Below, in pieces: positions 26,501 to 39,197 of a DNA stretch of 64,000 bases; the first letter of the stretch is position 1; each line of letters begins with the position of its first letter. The stretch is from the human T2T-CHM13v2.0 reference genome, Homo sapiens: NCBI RefSeq assembly GCF_009914755.1, contig NC_060931.1; one strand, written 5' to 3'. The notes under the pieces are model-generated. The model was not told the DNA's origin, searched no databases, and saw only the letters and a program-made list of their open reading frames with translations. A program made the translations under genes and the position numbers.

Positions 26501-27665
26501 TCTGGACAGCCCAGTGACAAAGTCATCTGCATAGCAATGGCACCGGATTCTGCAGAGGGAACAGGGACTAGGCTGTTGGCCCCAGCCGTCTATGGAGTTC
26601 TCAGGAAGGATGGTGGGGATGGAGCCATGGAGATGGCTGGAGGTAGAATCTCCTAGATGCACTCTGCATTTCACGTTGACCCTTGATGAAGGTTGACAAA
26701 GGAGGGTGGAGATAGATGCTTTCTCTTGACAGCACTCAGGGCTCTGGTAGTGGACTAGACCTATGACTATGATTGTGACTCATTTGAATTTGAGGGTAAA
26801 TGGAAAACAAATTCTGCTTCCAGGGTAGATGCAACTCTCTTTCCTTTTTTCCCCCTGTGTTACATTTCTGCTACTAGGATTCAGATGAAAAGGTCAGGAG
26901 CATCTCCATGGTGGAATGTAATTGCTATTCTTTCTCCTGCCTGGCTTTCTACTGGCAGGGGAGCAGGCAGGGCAGGCAGGTCCCTCTGGAGACCTGGAAA
27001 AGGACAGGAAGCCTCTGGACACCAGCCCAGTGGGGGAGAAGGAGCCTCAAGGAGCACCTCCCAGCTGCCCACACATGCCCTGCTCCAGCCACATGCAGGA
27101 GGTGTAGCCTTTCTTCTCACAGCTGCAAAGCGATCAGACCACTGGCTGAACCACTGGAGATGGAACTGTGGGAAGGGAGAGCCAGGTGATGTCTTCCCAG
27201 TAAAGATAATACTGAAGTCCTTCCTTGCCTCTTCCCTAGGCCAAGGCTCAGACCAAAGCAGGGGCTGCCAAAGTGGAAGGTGAAGTAGCAGCACAGAAAT
27301 GTCCCCTGTCCCTGGCTCCTCATTCGTTATTTGCACCCTGCTGCTGACATGCACAGGGTCAGGAGCACCTGGGAGACAGAGGCCTCTCTGACATCTTCTG
27401 GTCAGCTCCCTTGCCATGGGCCTGGCCATTCTTGGACTAACTGAGGGTCAGTGGCTTGGTCCAATCGTGTTGGCAGAGCAACTGGAAGAGAAGAGATCCA
27501 GGAAGGAGGGAGAAACGGAAAGAGGCAGAGAGAAAGAGAGAGAAACAGCGCTGCTCAGGGGATGCTGCTGATGCCAGTCGGAACTTGCACTTGGTAAAGA
27601 TGATAATCTAGACTGAGGCACGGCTTGGTGTGTCCCCCTCCAGGGCGGCCCTGGAAGGACGGTTC
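20527..27665 (-). other. PLXNA4: PLXNA4 long 3' UTR (~7.1 kb; end position approximate)
   Basis: Follows the stop codon; no recognisable Alu/L1 inside; U-rich blocks on the mRNA strand; ends at a strong poly(A) signal cluster. Confidence 0.8.
20543..20568 (-). terminator. Distal polyadenylation signal cluster of PLXNA4
   Basis: Two minus-strand AATAAA (tttatt at 20543-20548 and 20563-20568); several upstream UGUA motifs; GU/U-rich downstream sequence (gggattttgggtgcttctttatgtg on minus). Confidence 0.8.
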
Positions 27666-27761
27666 TCAGCTGTCTAAGCTCATGAGGGTTATGACTTGTT
27701 CTAGTTTGTAGGCCAGTTTCTGCTTCCCACACTGGTCGTCGTGGTCCAGAGGTCCAAGGAT
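27666..27761 (-). CDS. PLXNA4: Plexin-A4 terminal coding segment (probably exon 32): ILGPLDHDDQCGKQKLAYKLEQVITLMSLDS*
   Basis: ccgcAG| acceptor after a pyrimidine tract; 31 codons plus TGA at 27668-27666; the C-terminus ...TLMSLDS matches plexin-A4 as I recall it. Confidence 0.95.
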   Translation of the reverse strand: MLGPLDHDDQCGKQKLAYKLEQVITLMSLDS

Positions 27762-29268
27762 CTGCGGAAGAGCCAAGAACAGGGAGATTACTCATTTGTG
27801 TGTACAGGTCTGTGTTCTCAGGAGGCACAAAGATGGTGTGGATGTGGTCAGAAGCCCGGGAAGCCACAGGCATGTGCAGGGGCACACAGGACACTGCGGG
27901 GTAGGAGGAGACCTGGGGAGCATGGGCAGGAAGTTGTGGCAGGCATAGCATGTGAGCATCAGCATGGCAGTGAGCACAGGATGCCAGCACACACAGTCAT
28001 GTCTGAATGACTGTGTGCATTCTACTGGCTACAAAAGATGGTAGACAGAGGGCAGAAGCTCTGCTGAAGGTGCCTGTGCCGAGATGCTGCAGTTACCTGC
28101 AGGTTAGACAGCAGCTAGTTCCATATCCGATGGAAATGCGTAGTGCTCAGCATGGAGCCGGAATGTGATTTCATGGATGTTAAGACATCCCACCCTTCCT
28201 CCCGCAGAAATAAAAATCCATCAGCTCCTTGAGGCCCCAAATTCTACATTTAGAAAGTCATTTGTTTTCACTTTGCCTGTTAAAAAACAAATGTCCCTAG
28301 AAGAGTAAGACTACAAGCTTTCCTGGTCATTAACACCTAATGGATAATGTCTACCAAAGCCTTTTCTGAAGGCAGGCAGTTAGCAGAGGACAATGACAGC
28401 CAGCAATTGTGGCCCATGATGAAAAATATGCTAGAATTTTACTCAGACTCAGGAGATGAGGGATGGAGTAAAGGCTCTGCCAGTTTCTAGCTTGGTGATC
28501 TGAGGCCAAACAGGTAACCTGTCTGAACACTCAACGTCCTCAACTGTTAATGTAGGAATGACTAATCCACCTCCAGGGGAGAGGATGTCAGATAACATCT
28601 GTGAGCACCCTCAACACAAGGCCTGCCCCCCGAGAGGCACTAGACAATTGGGTGGAACCTACTGATGTTGCAGTTTGAGGGGCAGGGAAAAGAAGGGAGG
28701 GCAAGGAGATGAGAAGGAGGCTCAAGGGAGGCGCCCAGGGCTTTGGATTTCATGACCCAGTTAATGTTTCTTTAGTTGTGGAAGCAGGATAGAGCTGGCC
28801 AAGAACTGTCATTTGTACGCGCCATCATTTCATAGATGGGTTATTTAAACACCAAGGTAGACAGGTGTACTTGTAGACTAACAGAGAATCCTTTCTGAGA
28901 TGAGACGGTTGGAATATTACACTGGTGCACACTATAGCATCCTTATTATCTTGCATTGCCGCAGGCAGGGGAAAACTCTGCCCCAGACCAATACTAACCT
29001 GCAGACTGGCATCAGGGTCCCTCCCCTAAGGGACCCAGCACTGGCTCTCCCATGATGTAAGGGCCACAGAATTAGGCTGTTCATGGCCTGCAGGACTCCA
29101 GGCCTTGGGCCTGCTGGGTCTGCTTCTTTAACTGGGGGTTCCTGGACTCTCCTTAAGTGATGAGGATGGGAGGAAATAGAGAACTCGGGGCACAAGCTTC
29201 AGTTTCTCTTACTACCGTCCACTCAGAGAAGGTGGCTATGCTGCTGCTCAGATGCAGGGAATTTGGAT

Positions 29269-29449
29269 TCCAAGGATGGCCAGACCCATGGCAAGAGAGT
29301 TGACTAGAAGCCCAGGAAGACACAGGCCTCCTCCTACCCAGCAGTGTCGTGTGTGCCCCTGCACATGCCTGTGTCTTCCTGAGCTTCCTGGGCTGATCAG
29401 AAGATGTCTGAGGGGCCTCTCTCTCCCAGCTGCTCCTGACCCCATGCAT
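29269..29449. repeat. Mosaic local duplication, mostly inverted, of 27349-27436 and 27850-27915
   Basis: Manual alignment of four segments: 37/42, 20/22, 59/65 and 51/58 identities (see findings). Confidence 0.92.
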
Positions 29450-29569
29450 AGGCAAGAAAACTCCCAAAGCACCATGGCACTGGCCAGAAAGAAGGCCTTG
29501 TATATAGTGGCAATGACCCCAGGTGGGATTTTCCAGTGAGGGAACAAAACAGAAAACACATTCTATTTG

Positions 29570-29830
29570 TTCTGTTCTGTTCTGTTCTGTTCTGTTCTGT
29601 TCTGTTCTGTTCTGTTCTGTTCTGTTCTGTTCTGTTCTGTTCTGCTCTGCTCTGCTCTATTCTTTCTATTCTATTCTATTCTATTCTATTCTATTCTATT
29701 CTATTCTATTCTATTCTATTCTATTCTATTCTACTCCGTTCCATTCCATTCCATTCTATTCTATTCCATTCTGTTTTGACTCACTTCTGTTTCATTTCTA
29801 GTCTATTCTGTTTCTATTCTATTCTACAAC
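29570..29830. repeat. Compound pentanucleotide microsatellite (TTCTG)~15 (CTCTG)2 (TTCTA)~13 with TTCCA units and a degenerate tail
   Basis: Directly visible tandem 5-mers. Confidence 0.95.
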
Positions 29831-30219
29831 ATACCATATCATACCATACAATGCCATACCACATAGCCGGCCCATAGGAGTGAGGAGGTGCCTGTTTAAA
29901 GAGAGTTAGATCAGAGAAAGATGTGGAAAACATAAAAAAGAAGAAATACAGGAGAGAAAATAAGAATTAAAAAAGACAATATAAAAGAAACAGGTACTTA
30001 TTTACATATCTAAGAAGCACAGGGATGAATGCAGAATTTATGGGATGGAGGGTTTCTAGCATCCCAGCCTTTGGATCACAGCCCCAGGTCCTCAGTGGTG
30101 GTTCCCCCAGCAGAGGTGGATGTGTCTGTGGCGATGAGCTCTTATATGGAGGCATGCAGGGTTGTCTTCATTCTCTTCCCCCTTCCATCCCAATGGGCCT
30201 GGAGCAGGGCAAAGCTTAC

Positions 30220-30370
30220 CTCCTCGCTGTATTTGCCCACATAGGAGAAGATCTCTGAGAGTGCACTCATGGTGTTGAACTCATTCATGTGCATCCGGGA
30301 CTGCTCAGCCAGGTATGCGTTCATGTCTTGGTCGCTGATGGCTGGCATCTTCCCTATGTCTGAGTAATAC
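30220..30370 (-). CDS. PLXNA4: Plexin-A4 coding exon (probably 31), 151 nt: (R)[50 protein letters not shown]
   Basis: cacAG| acceptor and GAG|GTAAGC donor; phase 2 in, phase 0 out. Confidence 0.97.
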
Positions 30371-33300
30371 CTGTGGAGGGATGGAAATAGGGAGAAGCTG
30401 AAGTCGTGCATACGGAGTAGAGGAGAGATGGATGCTCCCAGCACCGTGTCTGGGGCCATGAGCTCAGCTTGCACTGCAGGTAGTGGGTACTTGTGCTGTG
30501 GCCACCTGGGGACCACTGTGGTCTCTCTCTCATCTGGGTTGCTGGGTCCGAACCAGGAAGAGCCCTCTGCAGCTCTGGATGCAGGAGGCATAGAGGGAAG
30601 GGATTTGGGGAGTGGCCAAGACAGGAGAGGAACCGAGAGCCAGAGGGTCCCAACTCGGGCATCCTCTTTGCTCTCAGCTACCACACAGAGAGGTCTAGAC
30701 TGTCTTGAGTTTCTCTAACGCCCCTCCCACAGACGCAAGGGATCTCCTCCAGCAGGGCCCGAAGGCTCTTCCGAGCGGTTGCTCTTCTCTGATGTCCTCC
30801 ACTCTCTGGGGGCTAAATGGGAGGAGGCAGGGCTGAGGCTACTCAGGGAGAGACTGGCAGAAGGCAATCAGTCACTGTCACTTGCAGCTGTGCACTGCTG
30901 TCAACTGGTTAAGTAGATGCCAGCATTTACATTTTTAATTTCTGCAATTTGACATTTTATGCACCAAACCTCAACTCCCCCACCAGAGGGGGGTTGCGCA
31001 GTTTCTTAATGAGGAACTGAAAGGCCTCAGTGTCCCCAAAGACAGCCACTTCTCACCCTCTCCTATGTACTTTTGGGCTTGTGGACTGCATAAAAGAGAA
31101 GAGGTAACTGCAATGACAGGAGGGCATCATAAACCTCAAGGCCTTGTGGTGGCCCAGCTCAGCCTAGCCCAATCCAGCCCATGCCAAATCCCTGTGGCTG
31201 CCATGCTGGAGAAAGTAAACCTGAAACCTAGGATCAGAGGGGATGGGGGAGGACAGTCTGCAGGGCAGGGACTAGGGTGCATGAAGCAAGGCACCTAGGC
31301 ACCAAGTTTAAGAAAAGGCACTCACTCTTGGGGTTGTGCAAGTATTGGTGACAATGACAGACCCTGGGAGTTCTCAGAACTTGAATCTTGGTCAGAGGCT
31401 CCGGGACAGTCTCCTTCTGCACCCCAGCCCTGTGTCTTTCCCAGCCCTATCCTTCACTTCTCCAACCAGGACCCTGTCTGTCTTGTGCTGTTTCCCTGAC
31501 CTCTAACTGTTCCCATCAGTGCCTAGGAGGTGGGTGAAGACTGGCAGAGATGGTTTTCCTGTGCCATCTCAGTCATCAGCTCAAGGGCCTGCAATGGAAT
31601 GACAGTTCAATTTGCACCAGAGCATCCCTGGGCTAGTGAGGGCTGGGATGGCTTCCCTGCTTTGAGCCACAGTGGTACTGGGATTGCAGATCTGTTGTTC
31701 TGCCTGGAAAATGGGGAGGCAGAGGGAGGGAGATGACAGCTGTGCTCCCTGGCAAGGGAAGGGGCTGGTCAGAGGGGACTCCCCTGGCCACATACCAGAC
31801 ACTTTCTCAACTGTTTTGCTGAACTGGTAGCATTTTGGCTGGGCAGGAGCCTGAGACAGGCAACAAGGCCAAGGGCGTAATAACATGGCCTTTCTCAGAG
31901 CAGCCTGGGTGTTCAGACAGGCCACCCTGCCCCCGTCTCATTTGTATTTCCATCCTTCACATCTTCTTCTATTCCCCGCCCCTCCTCCACCTTCAGAACC
32001 CTCAGGGCCCAGTACCCCTTCCTGTTTCATTTTGCTTTCTTTGCTCCATCCCCAGAAGAGCCTGTTCTCTTCGAGGCCTGTGACCCGCCCCAAAACACAT
32101 CCTCAGGTACCTCAGGACACAGGGCTCTGAGTAATTTAACGACATTCCAGGTATAAAATTGCAGCGAGACTTGATTCATTGTAACCATTTCTGGAATGCA
32201 ATAAATGCCATTGTTCCATTTTATAGTGGGACACCAGAGATTTCAGTAGTAGCTCCCAACCTTGCCATTCCCAAGGAGATTTGTGTCATTGTCCCCTTAG
32301 GGATCCCATGTCTACCAAGCAAGATATGTTTGTCAAGTAAAGGGCTATCTTCACAGGCTTTATTTGTAAAAAGCGTGAACAAATAACCTCACTCACTTTT
32401 GGTACCATGGCCAGCAGCCAGCCACGCAACTCTGGTAACTCAGCTGAGTTCCAAGCTTCCACCAGACAGGTATACTCTGTCACCTGTACACAATCAGAGC
32501 CTCTGACCAGGTGAAAAACCCAGGTTCCCATGGAAAGGACACAACTGTCATCAAAAGCAAAGACTCCTGTAATTTCTCTCACCAGCTGTGGAACCTTTCA
32601 CAGTAGGCAGGTGGCTCTGTCAGGCTTTTTGCAAACAGTGCCAGGGACCTTCTTGCTGCCTTTATAGTCCCCGAGGTGTAAGGAATCCTCGGTTAGGGGC
32701 CACTGTGTCTGCAGTGAAGAGACCATCACTAGGGAAAAAAACAGAAGCCCAGCATTCTGCCTTCACAGTGTCTTGCCTCATGGTAGCACACTAAAAGCCC
32801 TGTCCATTTCTCCAAAGAGAATATCTAGAAGTATATATGTGTGTGTGAGAAAGACAGAGAGAGCTGCTGGGGTGGAGGGCAGGGAGTTGAGAGTAGGGTA
32901 GGACAGGGCTGGGGCCCTGACCATCTCATCTAGAGGTCCTGGGTGACGTGCCTCTCCTGAACACATCATCCTCTCTCTCAGGTCAGGTCCTTGCTGGGTA
33001 GCTCCTGTCTCTTTCCTGTTCCCTTTGCACTGGGGAGGCTGGATCAAATCAGGGCACGTCTGTGGCCACATACTATTGACAGGTGGGCCAACTGCATGAC
33101 CTCATCTTCAGCAAGTTCTAAATCAGCTGAGCTGAATGGCCACCGACAGCCCAGTGTCTGTGGGTGTGGGGCTTAAGTCTTGCTGAGAGTCTACCCTGTT
33201 TTTGATCCTAAGCCTGCCTGCTGCTAAGTGGTCCCATCTTCTCTGCAGGGCTTTGTTGATGCTGTCTTGACCCCTCCTGCTCCCCCACTCCCACTCCCTA

Positions 33301-34849
33301 GCCAGCACCTTGTGCCTGACGCTGACTCATGCGGCACTACCTCTGCCGGGTGAACCTTGCTTCCTTCTCGCTCCTGTTGTGCCGGCCCCAGTGCTGGGCT
33401 CCTCCACTGGGAAGCCTTACTGATCAGGAAGAACACAATTAGGCTCTGTTAAGGAACTTTAAACAAGCATTCTCATCTGCTGGCTGTGCATTGAGGAAGG
33501 GAAAGTGGAACCTGGGCCCCTGTGCTTGAACTTGCTCCTGTGGGCATTCTGCCTTCAGGTGAGCCCATCTCCAGGAAGTCCTTCAGGACCCCTCCGAGCT
33601 GCCCCAGGCCTGACCTGCTAAGAAGGAGCTGGTCCCACCACTGGCCTTCCCTGGTTCTTTTTGCTGAGTTGCTCACAGCAGGGAGGAGGCCAGCACCCCT
33701 GAGGTCCTGACATCAGGCCTCTGGGAGCAGCCATAAAGATCAGCACCCCACAGAGCCGCATCCTCCACTGTTGGCCAGTCTGCAGGGTCCTAGTCTGTGG
33801 ATTTCTATGGGGTAGTGGGATGCCAGCAGAAATCCTGGGCCCAGAGAGTGACAGTGCGTATCTCACATCTGCCTTTAGGTTAGCTCTGTAGTGATTGGGA
33901 AGATGGTCTCCAATGCCCTAAACTCTTTGGAAAGGACACAGCGTTGGCATTCCTCCACACACCTCGAGGATGAAGATACAGGAGTGAAAGATATTTCCAG
34001 CCTGATGCTCTGATATTCCCAATATGTACCTTTCAAGGCCCTGAACAAGTCTTTTCCTCTGTGAATCATGGGAGGGTCTCTCTGGGCCCAGCAGAACGAG
34101 GCCCCACACCCTGACTTCCCCACTATGATGCTTGTGGGGCCTGCTGAGCATCTGTGTGGCCTCCCTGACCACAGGAGCTGCAAAGAAAGGGTCAAGTTCA
34201 ATGCATTTCAAGTACCCAACTCACTCATGATGGATACCATTAATGTTTGACCCATGAATTAATGAATATGTTAATGAAATGTCTATATCTCACCTCTAGA
34301 CTATATCTTGCTCCCAGGGTAAGCTGTCACCATTTTATGTATTTGACTGGATGGTTTCCATAGGAGGCATATTTAAATATTTAAAATTCTTAACCTTTTT
34401 TCATGCCATGACACACATGATAGATGACATTCAAATGTGTGGCACACTCTAGTCCAAACCCCTGTGGCCTGCTGTGACTCCATTCTACTTACTTCTTAAA
34501 AGCTGACTGATGGCAAGTGAGTGAGGCCAATGTTGCTGCAAGAATGACCTTTCAACTCTTCCAAGTTAAAATCAGAGGAAATCACTACTAAAGTATGCAA
34601 ATGTTTTGCTACTGGTAATGACACAAAAACTACAACTAATCACAACACGCCACTTCATGGTGATGACACTGTTGTGTTTTGTCTGTAAGGTGAAGGTAGT
34701 AGTTAACTGCTAATTGGAAACCAAGAGACTCTTCTCCCTTTTTCCAGATTCGGCCATAAGCAAAAGCTTAAATTCTTGGATGAGGGGAATGAATACTGGG
34801 AATCCACAGTGGGGCTACAAACCACCATTATTACAAGGTACTTGGAGGC

Positions 34850-35205
34850 AGGAATGGGAGGGGAGGATGGGTGGGGAGATGGTGGGAGGGAGGACAGGTA
34901 GGAGGATGGGTGGGAGGAGAGATCGGAGAAGAGATGGAAAAATAGATGGCAGGACAGGAGTGAGGGCAGGTGGGAGGATGGATGGGAGGACAGGCGGGAC
35001 GATGGGTTAGAGGATGGGTAAGAGAATGAGTGAGAGGAGAGAAGGGAGGGCAGGTGGGAGGACGGATGAGAGGATGAGTATGAGGATGGTGGAAGGATGG
35101 GCGCAAAGATGGGTGAGAGGACAGATGAGAAGACTGGTGGGAGACTAGATGGAAGGATGAGTGGGGGATGGGTGGGAGGACAGATGAAAAGATGAGTGGG
35201 AGGGT
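34850..35205. repeat. Degenerate purine-rich low-complexity tract (GGAT/GGGA, ~12-bp periodicity)
   Basis: Repeated gaggatgggtgg-like units. Confidence 0.8.
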
Positions 35206-36669
35206 AAAGAATTTCTAGAAGACTCAACATACTGGCAGAATCATCTATGCCATTCAACCAAGAGTTATTGAGGCTTCCTGAATTTATATGCTTCCCTTTT
35301 TCACCTGCTCTGAAGAGAGGACCAGCCAGGGTAAGCCCTATTTTTTAGTTGTGATGGTGCAGAAAACCTTCCCCAAATACATGCAGAGCACACTCCACAG
35401 CAGTGAGCCTCTAAGTAAAAAGTCCTGGGAGGACTGTCTCCATTTGACCAACAGCAGGGGAGCAAATTCAGAAGTGACCAAGCCGTGGCCAGGTCACTCT
35501 ACCATCATCCTCAACTGCAGGCTGCAAATTTCCTTGGAATGGGGAGGCGGGAGATCAGGTGTGCTGTGGTCCCAGGTGAGGTCTGCCCTGCCGGACTTTA
35601 CTTTCCCCTCCAGGGAGCCAGGCAAGCTCGGAGGATACCTCCTCTGGGAGTGGGAGTGGACGTGGACTTGTCCCTCCATCACCAAGTGAAGAAGAACTCT
35701 GGGCTTGACCTCAGCCCTGTCTGTGCTGTTTTCTCGATCTATCTGTCTTTGTACCCCGGTCCCGAAAAGGAGAAAAGATTTGGGGCTTCAAGTAAGTGAA
35801 AGATGACTTTCTTGAAAGTGTCAGTGGTTGCTAAGACACGAGTGGGATAGGAAATGGAAACCATCAAATCACTCCTAAAAATAACCCAATGGACTGAGTT
35901 TACTTGTGACCTGCAGCAGCTGCATGGCACAAACCTCATTGAGCACCAAGCAGAAAGGAGACCACTTGCTCAGCCCATGCATGAGCCTCAGCTCTGACTA
36001 TGCAGCCTGTTCCTGGGAAGTGTCCTTTATGCAGACACTTTATAAATGTTCCCAGCCCTTCACAGCCCTGGTTTCCCCTTCCCCGCCTGGGGCACTATCA
36101 CAATGACACTGTGGCACTCGGATGACCAACAGCCCAGCTGCTGCCTCTTCCCCCTCTCCCTGCTGAAGAATTGGCTGTCCACATGGGAGGGGCTGGAGGG
36201 CCTGCTCCTGGCAGCTCTATTGTTGGGAGAGTGAGCCACTGTCTACATAGCAGGAGGTGAGAGCCTGTCTAGGTGACTCAGACATAATCAGACACTAGGA
36301 CAAAAGAGTTAGTTTCCTTTTGGACAGCTGAGGTGGCATGTCCACCACCTGCATCAGTAGGAAAGGAGGAGAGGGTATCAAAGAGCAGAGGGGAGAGGGA
36401 AAAACAAAATCAAACCCTTTTAGTGACACTAATGCACTGAGGTGGCCAGGACTCTACTCCCTCTTAGTTATTTCCTTTTTATAAGGGAAGGCAATTTTCA
36501 AGTATAAAGACAGAGGCTGTCTCTATCATAGGCAAAATGATAAAGTTCATTTTGTCACCAAGTCAAGAACACCTTCTGGACTCTTTTACTCTTCAAAAGG
36601 CACCATATCTGAGCTTCCCTCTAGGTTTCCTATATTTAAGCTACTTAGAATAAAGAGAAAGTCTAAATG

Positions 36670-36857
36670 CAGGACTGCCATGTAGAGTTGCGCAGGTTAT
36701 TCACTGCACAAAGGTACTTGGACAAGAGGATGAGCTGGGGGTGACAAAGCCCATCATTCAGCAAACTACGCACTTGGTGTGGGGCTACCTCATTCTGTAG
36801 GAAGGGGCATCTTTCTTAAACCATACAGAGGCACCATATGGGTTGGCAGAGGCCCTG
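36670..36857. mobile_element. MER91-like hAT DNA transposon relic
   Basis: CAGGACTGCCATGTAGAGTTGCGCAGGTT...GGCCCTG termini resemble remembered MER91A. Confidence 0.6.
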
Positions 36858-37764
36858 TCTGAAAGTAACGCAAATAAGTAGGAAGGTTATTTGGGAGTCA
36901 GCTAAGAGGCTTGGGATCTAGTTTCATCTTGGTTCTTTAAATCATCTTGGGCAGATTACTTAGCCATTCTGCATGTATATTTCTTCACCTTCATGGCATA
37001 AAAGGAGCTTATAGTTCCTGTCCTCTCCCTAGTACAGGGCTTCTGTGATGAATAAATAAAGCTTCAGCTGGTTGCTTAGTTCAGGTGCTTGGCGTATGGA
37101 GCTGATGTGGCTCAGACAAACCATTAACCTTCTTTACCATGAGTCGCACTGCCCTAGGAAGAGCCCAGCCCTGCGGCTCATAGGGGGACCTTCAGTCACG
37201 AGAGCTCTGCAGGACACTGGGATTTGATCACAACGCTGCAAGAACCAGGGCATTAAGAGCTCATGCAAGAGTCAAGGGATGGGGAGAGTGAGAAACTGTT
37301 CAGACAGTGACAAAGACATCCCCACTGAATGCTGGGAACTGCCAGCCAGACGGTAGCAGATGGGTAGAGGCCTCCAGCCTTTTCTGCAGCAATGATGTAG
37401 TTTGGCCCCTTGAAGTGTTATGATGACAGTTTTTATTTATTTTTTGGGGGGTGGGTGGTGAAGATCAGAGCTGGGAGCCGCATCTCCTTTCTGGGCCTAG
37501 AAGACATTTCAGCCACTAGGCTCCAGGGCCTGTTATCTAGGGAAGCTGAGCTACCATGGCAACCTCTGGCCAAGTTTTCCTATTCTGGTTTCAGGGGACA
37601 GCAGCACTGGGACTTGGGGGTGTGGGTGTTGCAGTGGCAGGATTAGGCTTTGTGAATGACTCATCTGGAAACACAGCTGGTTTTTGATGGGGAGGGGACC
37701 TTTTGTTGAGGGAGCTGCTGGCTCCAGCAAGGGGCCCTGACTTGGCTCCGTGGCCCAGCACTCA

Positions 37765-38076
<312 letters not shown>

Positions 38077-38881
38077 CTAATAGAACTTAAGAGCCTTCTC
38101 TATGCTGCGGATGGGATGTGCCAGGGAAGGGAGGTGAGGCAGGTCTGCAGGGCCCCAATTTACCTTCCAGGAAACTGAGGACTGGCAAGGCTGAATAATT
38201 CATCCAGAGATATAATGTTGGTAGGTACTTGAGAGGACTTGATACCCAGCCTTGATGGCAGGGCTCATCATCTTCCCTTTGGTCTAAAAGGCAGCCATGA
38301 TGTATGCTATAAAGCGGAATTTCTAACTCTCTGTCTGTCTGCTCCTAAGCCTGGTACAAGAGCATCTAGTTGGCAAACTGTAAGGAATTGCTTGGAATCT
38401 AGGCTTTGTATCTGACTCTCTGCCATCTACTGTATGACTTGGCAGAAGTCACACCCTTCCTCCCTGCCTGGGCCTCTCAGCCTACTCCTACTGGGGCTGA
38501 GAAGTACAGTGTAGCTGACTGATTTTTCATTTCTAAGCTGGCACGCTTGAAAACCCACATTCACCCACCTCATGGGCCCCATCGTATTCCCTCCTTCCCC
38601 TCCAGTTGGCACCTCCTGCCCACCAGGAACTGTGCTTGCAACTGGGGATACAGTGATGAATGAGACACATCCTCTGCTCTCAAGAAGCCTGCATTCTGGT
38701 GGGTTCATGGAAAGGCAGACATGAAATCAACTACATGCCGGGAGGACTGTTGGTGCTAGGACCAGGGATGTGTAGGGTCCAGCATGGGACCAAGGGAAGC
38801 ATCAAGCCTACCCAGAGGGCAGTGTCCAGAATGCCTTCACAAAGGGGGCACTTGATGGTGGGAGTTTTAAAACTTGTGTAA

Positions 38882-39197
<316 letters not shown>

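Noticed and set aside
21423-26646. let-7 seed matches in the 3' UTR (21423-21429 and 26640-26646)
   Set aside because: A couple of 7-mers in 7 kb is near chance, and conservation cannot be assessed here.
24328-27429. Long ORFs (130-194 aa) inside the 3' UTR
   Set aside because: No recognisable domains or splice logic, often non-ATG starts; consistent with chance.
27547-27668. Stop-codon read-through extension of PLXNA4 (open frame after TGA, with a 7-bp hairpin TCCAGGG/CCCTGGA)
   Set aside because: The context is UGA-GAA, not the UGA-CUAG read-through motif; the hairpin is short; there is no other support.
29523-29877. ORFs with FCSVL/FYSIL repeats
   Set aside because: They are translations of the pentanucleotide microsatellite.
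30980-30993. CTCF-like motif CCACCAGAGGGGGG (similar one near 11135)
   Set aside because: Mismatch at the conserved GGC(G/A)C end; cannot be supported without ChIP data.
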